From Octopus sinensis (taxonomy: Eukaryota), in the NCBI RefSeq assembly GCF_006345805.1, contig NW_021824376.1, positions 1 to 18,828 of the forward strand: a stretch of 18,828 nt of DNA. The letters run 5' to 3'. The position numbers and the translations under genes were made by a program. Shown here in pieces: positions 8,860-18,828 of the stretch (its first letter is position 1; each line of letters opens with the position of its first letter). The notes under the pieces were generated by a model. It ran no database searches, was not told the origin of the DNA, and was given only the letters and a program-made list of their open reading frames with translations.

Positions 8860-9120
8860 ATGGCAGACAAGAAAGTAGAAACGATCTCGAAATATTCTGA
8901 TTTAAAAATAGAAATATCAAAGAGTGGGTGCTGGGTGGGCGGGGGACGTTTGTCTGGTACCAGAAGTGAAAGTTGTTTATATCGGAGCACGAGGCTAAAT
9001 CCATTCCCTCCATCAAAATCCAAAGCCTTTGATACCTCGTGGAACAGCTAAACATCAAAACAAACATGAGAACGTTCCAGAAATCTGTCCTGCTCGGAAC
9101 AGCTCATATCCTCTGAAAAG
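8860..9120 (+). mobile_element. Older, diverged R4-like endonuclease C-terminal fragment
   Basis: DKKVETISKYSDLKIEISK, VPEVKVVYIGARG and QKSVLLGTAHIL* (GGA ACA GCT CAT ATC CTC at 9096-9113) in shifting frames. Confidence 0.7.
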
Positions 9121-9730
9121 AAAGGTACATTCCCTCTAAGACCTTTTGTTATATGTTGATAGTTGACATTAAGACGATGAAGAAAAGAAAAACAAAAACC
9201 TAATATTTGATATCCATACTGCACATTGAAATATAATAAGCTAATCATGATATAGTTGCGCAGTTTGACACAGCTGCAATATTTGTTAGTGTTTCTCCCG
9301 CAGTGTCGGTCATTTCAGTACAGATCTGTTTTCTTTTCTCCTTTCTCCTTTGTCCTTTTGTCCTGTAAACGTGGTTTCTTTTACGATGTAATGAATGAAT
9401 CCTGGGATTGTTTGATACGTGCCACATTCATCGTCTCCTGTCCTCTTTCTCTGCACGAGATATCATGTTACAAAGCCAACAATGTGTGATTTATTGATTT
9501 TCTTTTTTTCCTTACTACAACTGTCTTTAAAAGCTATGAACTTTTTGAGTAACACTCTTAGAAATATCAGGCTTATGACGGGCAAAATTTCGATGGTATG
9601 AAGAACTGATATTGAATGTGTGTGTGTTTGTGTGTGTGTGTGTATCTGTGTCTGTGTGTGTATGTGTGTGTCTGTGGGTGTTTGTGTGCGTGTGTAGTTG
9701 TCTATTAGTTGGCTATTTTGTAAAAGCAAA

Positions 9731-9830
9731 GAGCTAGCAGAATCATTCGCACATCGGAAAAAATGCTTAGCAGCATTTATTACGGATCTTTACGTTTTGA
9801 ATTCGAATTCTGAAGAGGCCGTCTTTGCCT
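9731..9830 (+). mobile_element. SINE 5' half (tRNA head), truncated
   Basis: gagctagcagaatcattcgc...aaatgcttagcagcattt...tttacgttttgaattcgaattctg resembles the head of the 5592-5350 family. Confidence 0.7.
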
Positions 9831-9837
9831 GAATGAG

Positions 9838-9965
9838 TGTCGTTTAAGGATGTTGATGGAAACACCCATGTTTCCAGAGGTGGATTAGCCTCTCAACATG
9901 GTTAATCAGAGATGCACATATCGTCGGCCGCTAAGGGACATGCTCAATTGGTTACGGTCAAGCAA
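9838..9965 (-). mobile_element. Inverted, internally deleted fragment of the 16381-16936 repeat family
   Basis: Reverse complement (...ttgagcatgtcccttagcggccgacgatatgtgcatctctgat...ggaaacatgggtgtttc...caacatccttaaac) aligns to about 16526-16695 with two gaps. Confidence 0.8.
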
Positions 9966-10258
9966 GGCCTTGTAAGTGGATTTGGTAGACGGAAACTGAA
10001 AGAAGCCCGTTATATATGTATTTATATATATATGTGTATGTGAGTGTATATGTTTGTGTGTCTGTGTTTGTCCCCCAACATCACTTGACAACCGATGGTG
10101 GTGTGTTTACGTCCCCGTCACTTAGCCGTCCGGCAAAAAGAGACCGATAGAATAAGTACTAGGCTTACAAAGAGTAAGTCCTGGGGTCGATATGCTCGAC
10201 TAAAGGCGGTGCTTCAGCATGGCCGCAGTCAAATGACTGAAACAAGTAAAAGAGTAAA
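9963..10258 (+). mobile_element. 5'-truncated second SINE family with an internal (TA)/(TG) microsatellite
   Basis: ggccttgtaagtggatttggtagacggaaactgaaagaagcccg...gtcaaatgactgaaacaagtaaaagag. The 26-nt tail at 10228-10253 recurs exactly at 514-539. Family recognised from memory of octopus SINEs. Confidence 0.75.
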
Positions 10259-10722
10259 AAAAAGCATCAAATACAGTAATTTCGTAGAAGAGAGATTCGG
10301 CTGCTATTTATGTATGAGATCAGATGACCTCCATGCGTAATATTGTTTATCGAAAACAACACAATGAAAGAAAATGGCGTCGGTTAAAGCGAAACGAAAC
10401 CGCGTTGCGGACAGACTCATTTCACTGAGAACTTTAACCAGGAACCGACCTATTGCAAGGAAACGGGGAGGAAAAAGAGAAGGAGGGGGTAGGATACCAA
10501 CCAAACAAACGAACACACAAACATGTGAAACAAATTATTAAAAAAAAAGAAAATAATTGTTAGCGTTCTAGCACCGCCATGTTGTTTTTCTTCTTTCTGT
10601 TTCTTTTTGTTTGTTATTTTTCTGGTCTGGTCTTCATTTCTGCAAATACTTTTTTCGGTTTTGGCAAGGTTAATCTAAAACTGATAGCCTTCTAAAAACA
10701 ACTACGGTAACAGGTAACCGTA

Positions 10723-10798
10723 ACAGTAGTAGTAGTAGTAGAGTAGTAGTAGTAGTAGAGTAGTAGTAGTAGTAGTAGCAGCAGCAGCAGCAGCAGCA

Positions 10799-10843
<45 letters not shown>

Positions 10844-11109
10844 CAGTGGTGGTGCTGGTAATGGTGGTGCTGGTGATGATGATGATGATGATAACGGTTT
10901 CAAAGTTTGGCACCCCAGTGTTTGTTCAACGGTTACTTATTTCCTTGATCCCCGAAAGGATGAAAGGAAAAAGTGAACCTCAGCGGAATTTGAACTCGGA
11001 ACGTTAACTAACGATGGACGGACGATACGCCCCGTTATGCATCTTGTCCGATGTGCTAACAATTCAACCATCTCATATCACCGTCTTAACAACAACAACA
11101 ACAACAATG

Positions 11110-11164
<55 letters not shown>

Positions 11165-11474
11165 TGATGATGATGATAATAATAATAATAATGATAATAA
11201 TAATAATGATAATAAATTTATTGTAATGGCGGAGAGCGTACGAAAGGCAGAGCTGCTCTCTAGAGGAGGCCTCGAACATAAAGATAAGTGGCATCTGGAA
11301 ACAACAACAACAACAACAACAGTAACACTGACGACTAAAGACTACCTATTTCCCTAGATTCTGTTTGGCACAGTAGCCATTGTATAAAAGATCTGCTAAT
11401 ACTCACTTCACTTTCTTAGGTAACAAAACAATAATAGTAATAATATAATAATAATATAATAATAATAATAATAA

Positions 11475-11513
<39 letters not shown>

Positions 11514-11797
11514 TAATAATAATATAATAATAATAATAATAAAATAATAATAATAATATAATAATAAAATAATAATAATAATAATAATAATAGTAATAAT
11601 AATAATGATAATATAATAATAATGATAATAATAATAATAATAAGGTCTGGCAACTCGAAAAACAATTGCAGAAGGAATAATAGGAGAGAAAGATAAAAAT
11701 ACAAAGAATTTAAACAAAAAACAAAAGAACGACAGAAAGAAGAAAAATAGAAGAATTGAAACACAACAATAATAATAATGATAATGATAATAATAAC

Positions 11798-11855
<58 letters not shown>

Positions 11856-11876
11856 TAAAATAAAAGTAACGCCGAA
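10723..11876. repeat. Cluster of trinucleotide microsatellites: (TAG)n/(CAG)n/(GAT)n 10723-10892, (AAC/AAT/GAT)n 11088-11215, (AAT)n 11430-11643 and 11761-11876
   Basis: Directly visible; tracts are separated by short unique or SINE segments. Confidence 0.95.
10911..11085 (-). mobile_element. Degenerate tRNA-SINE copy
   Basis: cccgaaaggatgaaaggaaaaagtgaacctcagcggaatttgaactc is homologous to 5475-5520. Confidence 0.8.
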
Positions 11877-12039
11877 AGGCATAAGAAGTTCCTTTGAAAT
11901 TATTTCTAACTTGTTCAGCACCGTATAATAAAGCTGGAAACGGAACGCATAATTTTTTTTTTTTAATGTTGTTTAGTTTTGTTTATTTTGTTTTTGTTTT
12001 TCCTTGTTATTTTTTTGTGTGCTTGTGTGAGTGAGTATG

Positions 12040-12401
12040 TCTGTGTGTGTGTGTGTTTGTGTGTGGGGGGGGAGGGTGTACAGTGTAGCTTTTTACCATT
12101 TTCTTTTCTTCCCTTTCGTTTGCCTTTTTTTTTCTCCCTCTCTCTTTTATACAATTCCATATCCTTCACCCATGCAACCTCTCCACACTGGTACACATAT
12201 ACATACCTACATGCACACATAGACGCACGCACTTTCTATTTCCCTTCCGTCGGTGTATCTGTCAGTCAATCTATTTATCTATCAATCTATCTCTTCCTCT
12301 ACCTATTTGTCTGTCTATATATCTATATATCTATCTGTCTGTCTATCAATCTATCTTTCTGCCTGTCTGTCTATCTATCTATTTATCTGTCTGCCTGTCT
12401 G

Positions 12402-12456
<55 letters not shown>

Positions 12457-12734
12457 GTCTGTCTGTCTCCGTCTGTCTGCCTGACTGCCTGCCTGTCTAC
12501 CTGTCAGCCTATCTATCGGTCGAATTGCCTGTCCGTATATTTGTTCTTCTCCGCCTCTCTCTCTCTCTTACCTTCTCTTCTTTCTTTCTAAGAACAGACA
12601 CGCACACACACACACACATACACACACACACATGCACACACACACCTGCCTCTCTGCCTCTCCCTTTCCCCTTCCTAGCCATATGAATATACAGTGATAT
12701 ATTTGTTATATTTACATATATACACATACAAACT

Positions 12735-12769
<35 letters not shown>

Positions 12770-13461
12770 CTATACATAAGCACAAATATGTGTAAGTATA
12801 TATATATATACACACACACACATACATATAAATTTTATGTATGTATGACTGTGTGTATGTGCATACATACATATATATGTATGTGTTTGTGTATATGCAT
12901 GTATATGTACGTAAGTATGTATGTATGTATGTATGTATGTATGTATGTATGTATGTATGTATGTATTTATGTATGTATGCATGTATGTGTGTATGTATGT
13001 ATGTATGTATGTATGTATTTATGTATGTATGTATGTATGTATGTATGTATGTATGTATGTATGTATGTATGTATGTGTGTATGTATGTATGTATGTATGT
13101 ATAGGAACATTTCTTCGGCTAATGCCTTTTGTGTCACTGCTCGGAATTTCCATAAATCCTCATTTACTTATTCAAGCGAACAATATTTCGTCTGTAATAT
13201 GCGTCGCCTGAGGCAATGAGAATTTGCGGTGAGTCCAAGTAGTGGTGCAAAGGGTATTAACCGGCTAAATTTGGGAACTATACTTTATACCATGTGTTGA
13301 GTGCTTCTTCCCGCATTTATTTCAATCTATCGATATGTGTGTCTGTCTATTAACCTGTCTGTCTGCCTATATGTGATTGCCTGCTTGTCTGCCTGTCTAC
13401 CTAGCCATGACTCCCTGCCTAGCTGGCTCTCTATCTATCTTTTCTGTTTATCTATCTATCT

Positions 13462-13500
<39 letters not shown>

Positions 13501-13504
13501 TCTA

Positions 13505-13561
<57 letters not shown>

Positions 13562-13624
13562 TTTCTGTCTCTCTATCTATTTATCTACTACTCTATCTAT
13601 CTATCTTTTCTGTTTGTCTGTCTG

Positions 13625-13663
<39 letters not shown>

Positions 13664-13676
13664 GTTTTTCTGTTTG

Positions 13677-13718
<42 letters not shown>

Positions 13719-14223
13719 ATTTCTGTCTGTCTGTCTATCTAACTATCTTATACACACACACATACACACACACGTATATATAGCTTTCTTTGACAATCAC
13801 CTCCCATGTCTCTCTCACTACCCCTCTCTCTCCCTTTATCCTTCTTCCTCTCTTCCTTTATTTCTCCCCACTGTCCCCTCGTCACTCCCCTCTACCTATT
13901 CCCTTACTATTCTTCCTCCTACTCCTCCCCCTCTCTCTATTAACTCACAACCCGTATTTACTCTTCCGACATTTTTGTTGGCTTTATTTATTTATTTTTC
14001 CATCTTTTTCTTTCATTATTTTCCTACCCCTCCCCCCATATTTTTCTCTCTTCTTCTTTTACTCAACTTCTTTCTTTTTCTTACACCTTTACCTTATTTT
14101 CTCTTTAATTCTTGTACTACTCTCTTTGTTGTTGTTGTTGTTCTTCTTCTTCTTCTTCTTCGTCTCTTTCTTCTTGTTCTTTTTCTTCTTCTTGTTCTTC
14201 TATCACTACTACTACTACTACTA

Positions 14224-14256
<33 letters not shown>

Positions 14257-14647
14257 TCTTCTTCTTCTACCTCTTCTTTTTCTACTACTATTTCTCCTTC
14301 TCTCCTCCTTCTTCCCTCTCCTCCACACCACCAACACCACCTCCCCTCTCCCTCCTCCGCCTCCCCTTCCCCCTCCTTCTCACTCTCGGACCTCTAAAAC
14401 TCTTCCCTATCTCTTAACCCGCACCATCCCTTCTCTCACCACCCTACCTCCTCTACATTCCCCCCACTCCCCCACCGCCAAAGCAGCCGCCGCTGCCACT
14501 ACCACCACTACCACCACCACACCCTTACCCCTAACCCCATCATACAAGGATCTTGTCAAAGCAAAGACATTTCATAAAAATCTTGTTGTTCTTGTTGTTA
14601 CAGTTAATATATTATTATTATTATCATTATTATTATTATTATTATTA

Positions 14648-14680
<33 letters not shown>

Positions 14681-15800
14681 GTTGTAGTAGTTGTAGTAGT
14701 AGTAGAAGTAGTAGTAGTGGTGGTGGTGGTAGTAGTAGTTGTAGTAGTAGTAGTTGTAGTAGTAGTACCATTTTGTACTATTGTTTTCATTATTGTTGTT
14801 TATTATTGCTGTTTCTATTTCTGTCGTTGTTGTTGCTATTTTGGGTGCAGTTGTTGTTGTTGGTGGTGGTGCTGTTGTTGTTGTCGCTGTTGCTAATGTT
14901 GTTGTTGTTGTATTTGTTGCTACTCCAGTTTATTATTACTATTGTTCTTTCCGAAAATATGTTATTTAACTACTTTCGCCCGTGTTAGTGGCTTTCTAGT
15001 TCCAACACCCGTATCCACCACCCACACTTGCCATCCACCACAAGCACACACACACACACACACACACACACCACACACACACATACACACACACACACAC
15101 ACCCTCTTCCACCCTGCGCCACCCCCTCCCACCGATTCCACCTTCAAATATCTTTTGAACGCGTTACGTGATGAATACTTTGAACGATTTAAGCCGGGCA
15201 GTTGTGAAGTTGACAGAAATGAAAGTGAAACTAGCGACCCCCCCACACACACACGTACATACCACTCACATGCACTCCGCACATATCATACTATATCTTA
15301 CACACACACACAAGCACACACACCACTACATCATATAAACATGCACTTAGTCATACACGCACCTCACGTCACGCTGTATCATACACACTCACACATACAC
15401 TCCACACTTCATCACACATACACACACCACACTACATCATATACACACACATTACATCATACAATCAGTACACCATATACATACACTTTACTTCATGCGC
15501 ACACACAGAGTACATAAACTACATCATACTCACATACACCACACACACATACTGACACATGTAAACATACTTACACACACATACAGATACAATTACATGA
15601 GCGCGCTCCCACACACGTACACTATACTCAAAACAACATACACACACATACTACATTGTGTGTCTGTGTGTCACATACGAGCGACATTACACCTTGCCAC
15701 GTCACGCTATCGACACACAGACACTAAATCACATCACGTGATGAACACCCATTACTGCACCACGGCTACACACCAGCACGCTAGTAAACGCATGAAGGCC
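12040..15800. repeat. Simple-repeat block: (TG), (TCTA/TCTG), (CA), (TATG), (TA), polypyrimidine (CTT/CTA/CCA), (ATT/GTA/GTT) and cryptic CA-rich sequence
   Basis: Directly visible; this block accounts for the low-complexity ORFs in the track. Confidence 0.92.
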
Positions 15801-15954
15801 ACTATATCACGACTCCTATAAACATCCAAAAAAAAAAACCATCGCCATGACCACCACCACTGCTAATACCAGATTACCAGACTATCAATAAGCCCTACAT
15901 ATGTTGGTGATCAACTTAATCACTTCCTCTAGAATTAATGTGAAAGTGCTGTCT

Positions 15955-16026
15955 AATAATAATATAATAATAAAAAATAATAATAATATAATAAAATAAT
16001 AAAATAATAATAATAATAATAATGAC

Positions 16027-16060
<34 letters not shown>

Positions 16061-16105
16061 TAATAATAATAATAATATAATAATAATAATAATAATAATA
16101 AATAG

Positions 16106-16145
<40 letters not shown>

Positions 16146-16380
16146 TATAATAATAATAATAATAATAGTAATAATATAATAATAATAATAATAATATAAT
16201 AATAATAATAATATGTAATAATAATAATAATAATAATAATAAAAGAGTAATAATATAATAATAATCATAATAATAATATAATAATAAAATAATCATAATA
16301 ATAATAATAATAATAATAATATAAATAATAGTAATAATAATAATAATAATAATAATATAATTAATAATAATAATAATTAA
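15955..16380. repeat. Long imperfect (AAT)n array (further tracts at 16937-17033 and 17177-17247)
   Basis: Directly visible. Confidence 0.95.
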
Positions 16381-16936
16381 ATACCCTGTTGTAGTACCAG
16401 GCAGTGGCTTTCATAACTTCTGATCTTAACTGATTGGAAGAGTTATCATGTACATGTTTTGTCTTCGTCTACAAGATGGGCTACAGTCAATAGTCTGCTC
16501 AATACCACAGGTTTGCTTGTCAGTTGTTTGACCTTAATCAGTTGAGCATGTCCCTTAGTGGCTGATGATATGTGCATCTCTGATCACGAGCAGAAGTAGT
16601 AGGGGAGCATTATAGCCATGTGTTGAGAGGAATTCTTTGGGGTTTGAATGATTCGCCGTTGGAAACGTGGGTGCTTCGTTCAACATACTTAAACAGCTCT
16701 TATTCAGGGAGCTTTTGAGCGGGATGGGGCCACTCGACCAGAAGAAAATTCTAACTGGGCCCCACCTGCAAGGTCATGCACTGTTTATCTTGATATGAGA
16801 TTACCATGTCGCGCACATATTGTTTTGATGTATGTGCCTGGTGTACCCTTATCAGACGGGTAGTCATGATGGGTATACTGGTCTTCGTATACTTTACCCC
16901 AGTGTCACTTTGATGGCATGCACTACTCTCTCACTC
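16381..16936 (+). mobile_element. Interspersed repeat, probably the 3' part of a non-LTR or non-autonomous retroelement, embedded in (AAT)n
   Basis: Complex 556-bp island between long (AAT)n tracts, ending ctctcactc|(AAT)n. A second copy lies inverted at 9838-9965. No ORF recognised. Confidence 0.6.
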
Positions 16937-16968
<32 letters not shown>

Positions 16969-17033
16969 TAATGATAATAATAATAAAATAATAATAATAA
17001 TAATAAAATAATAATAATAATAATAATAATAAT

Positions 17034-17138
17034 AGTGTCAGCTGTCCACAGCCAGCAAACTATGGTGACACTTGTTTATTAAAGCATGACCAGTAAACAA
17101 GTGTCACCTTTGTCTGCACGCTGTGGACAGTTGACACT
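17034..17138. other. 105-nt near-perfect hairpin (nested inverted repeats)
   Basis: 17034-17052 pairs with 17120-17138 (19 bp, one G:U). 17064-17078 pairs perfectly with 17094-17108 (15 bp). Confidence 0.85.
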
Positions 17139-17174
17139 TTCCATCATACCCAGCAAAATAAGCTGTGAGTTTTC

Positions 17175-17247
<73 letters not shown>

Positions 17248-17263
17248 CATAATCCGGCTGAAA

Positions 17264-17385
17264 ATCGATCACATCGACCCCAGTGTTTCACTGGTACTTA
17301 ATTTATCGACCCCGAAAGGATGAAAGGCAAAGTCGACCTCGGAAAAAATTTGAACTCAGAACGTAAAGGCGAAATGCCGCTGAAC
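17264..17385 (-). mobile_element. Partial tRNA-SINE copy
   Basis: ctggtacttaatttatcgaccccgaaaggatgaaaggcaaagtcgacctc...tttgaactcagaacgt is nearly identical to 5455-5527. Confidence 0.85.
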
Positions 17386-17557
17386 GTTTTACTTCCTGTA
17401 ATCCGTGACCTTCCAGCCTTCTCCTTCCAGTTACTGTGACTTTTTCTTTACATATCACTTCGAGTGATCTCGGTGTGCCCTTATTTTTACATTTTACTTC
17501 CTGTAATTTTTTTATCTTTGCACACACGTTACTTCCGGTTACTCTCTTTACTTGCAG

Positions 17558-17659
17558 GTGATTGGAAAACGAATGAATCTGGACATTAACCGTGATTCTT
17601 CGCTTTGGAAAGATCGTGTTTTGGTGGAAACGAATTTGGCTATACTCCATAGCTTCCAG
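17558..17659 (+). CDS. NOS: Nitric oxide synthase exon (102 nt, phase 0 to 0)
   Basis: Acceptor ctctttacttgcag|17558, donor 17659|gtaaga. Translates VIGKRMNLDINRDSSLWKDRVLVETNLAILHSFQ, matching NOS ...SSLWKDxAxVExNxAVLHSFQ. Too short for the ORF track. Continues in frame from the 175-nt exon. Confidence 0.95.
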
Positions 17660-18828
17660 GTAAGATGGATTACATTATGATTACCATTTACGTTTTAACA
17701 TGTTTCACGCTATCTATTACATTGCGACTAAGTGTACCACAAAGGTACCACAGAACTACCATCTCGTTACTAGTACAGTGGTGCCATTGGTCTGGGGCCC
17801 TGGGTCTGCAAATACGTGGCTGGGTTTTCTCTAAAAAGAAAATAGAAAAAGAAAAACACTTCACAGGACTCTTGCAGGACTACCCTCATGACTAGGTTTC
17901 TAAGTTAATGATGTACCACCTTATAATATTTCCCTGGTTACCACAGATCCTGACATCGCATTAGTACCACGGAGATATCACAGAGGTACCAAACCGAAAA
18001 AGAAAAACATCAAATTCATCTTGAGTTTTGAGAGAACACCCGCCAACTCGGGAGCCAGAAATTCATCTTGTTCTATCTGGCAATACTGTAATATTTTTCT
18101 CGGAGACCCTGGATGCCACAAACCCTATCATTTCATTAGAACGACAGCGGTAGCATAGAAATACACCAGAGATACTAAACGAAAAAGCGAAAATCATCAC
18201 AGTCCTCTCGAATTTTGAGAAGACTATGACAAGATTCTAAATGAACACTCACCATCCGGGAACCTGAAGTTAATCGTGTCCTACCTTGTACCCTTTATTA
18301 TTTCTTTCGAACAACCTAAGTACTACAGCCCCTGCCGATTAATTAGTATCACGTAAGCACCCCTGAGACACCACAGAGGCTCCATATACTTGCCAGAACT
18401 ATCTGCTGATAGTTCAATAAAACTATTTTAAAGCCAGATTGAAATCTTTCGCCATCTTATTGTCTTCTAAATTTCCGCTCTGATCTGTAATTTGTCGTCT
18501 GTTAGTAAGATACAACTTCCTGTTTGAGAACGCTAAAAGCTTTTTGTCTCTTGTGATTTCGCAATACACAAAGTCAACTCTTCGAGACTCACCCGACCTC
18601 CTCCTCCGGCCACTTCAACACAATTTTACATCCGATGATTTTATGCAACTTCCTGAATGATAATGGAATACAACTTCCGGTCATTGATATAAAAACAAAA
18701 GTGAAACGCGACACTGCCTCCAAAAACTACCACCACCACCAACAACAACAACAACAACAACAACAGTAAAGCGTTAACGGCTGCAATAAGGACATCAACA
18801 TCTAGAACAACAACAACAACAACATCAA

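Noticed and set aside
9809-9835. CTGAAGA-GGC..GCC-T-GAAT, resembling a hammerhead 5' half
   Set aside because: No GAAA, helix III or helix I; it is the mutated SINE segment ctgccgaggtcgactttgcc.
13103-13235. Possible exon bounded by ag...gtgagt
   Set aside because: No NOS similarity, and the 175-nt and 102-nt exons already join in frame with no missing residues.
14521-14540. Telomere-like CCCTAA
   Set aside because: Single unit within a C-rich low-complexity tract.
15130-15240. Protein-like stretch TDSTFKYLLNALRDEYFERFKPGSCEVDRNE in ORF 14942-15517
   Set aside because: Short unique island between CA repeats with no recognisable homology or splice signals.
2589-16296. Numerous long ORFs rich in poly-I/Y/L/S/T/N/H or YLSI/MYVC repeats
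   Set aside because: They are translations of microsatellites, which lack stops by construction; no domain signal.
16561-16600. CTGATGA inside the 16.4-kb repeat
   Set aside because: No helix II/GAAA/UH arrangement follows.
1-18828. Flanking NOS exons (142-nt upstream, 195-nt downstream), CRISPR arrays, rRNA or true tRNA genes
   Set aside because: Not found; the adjacent exons must lie outside the window, and the tRNA-like boxes belong to SINE heads.

Overview
AT-rich, microsatellite-dense eukaryotic DNA, most likely an octopod cephalopod (inferred from the tRNA-SINE families and simple-repeat load as I recall them; not verified by search). The window lies inside a plus-strand nitric oxide synthase gene. 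Three oxygenase-domain exons (1681-1820, 3887-4061, 17558-17659; 140/175/102 nt, phases 0-2-0-0) match the vertebrate NOS exon sizes. The introns, one of them 13.5 kb, hold a 5'-truncated R4/Dong-like non-LTR retrotransposon (RT plus restriction-like endonuclease) followed by three more R4-like 3' ends in (TAA)n tracts, a Tx1/L1-like 3' fragment, several SINEs and many microsatellites. The most interesting signal is not in the ORF track: three minimal type I hammerhead ribozyme motifs on the minus strand (633-724, 964-1012, 4446-4518; two with an intact catalytic core). They sit in (TA)n-associated elements, two with long inverted repeats, that resemble Penelope-dependent retrozymes, and all are antisense to NOS. 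The NOS substrate pocket also carries unusual substitutions, and a 105-nt hairpin lies upstream of the third exon.
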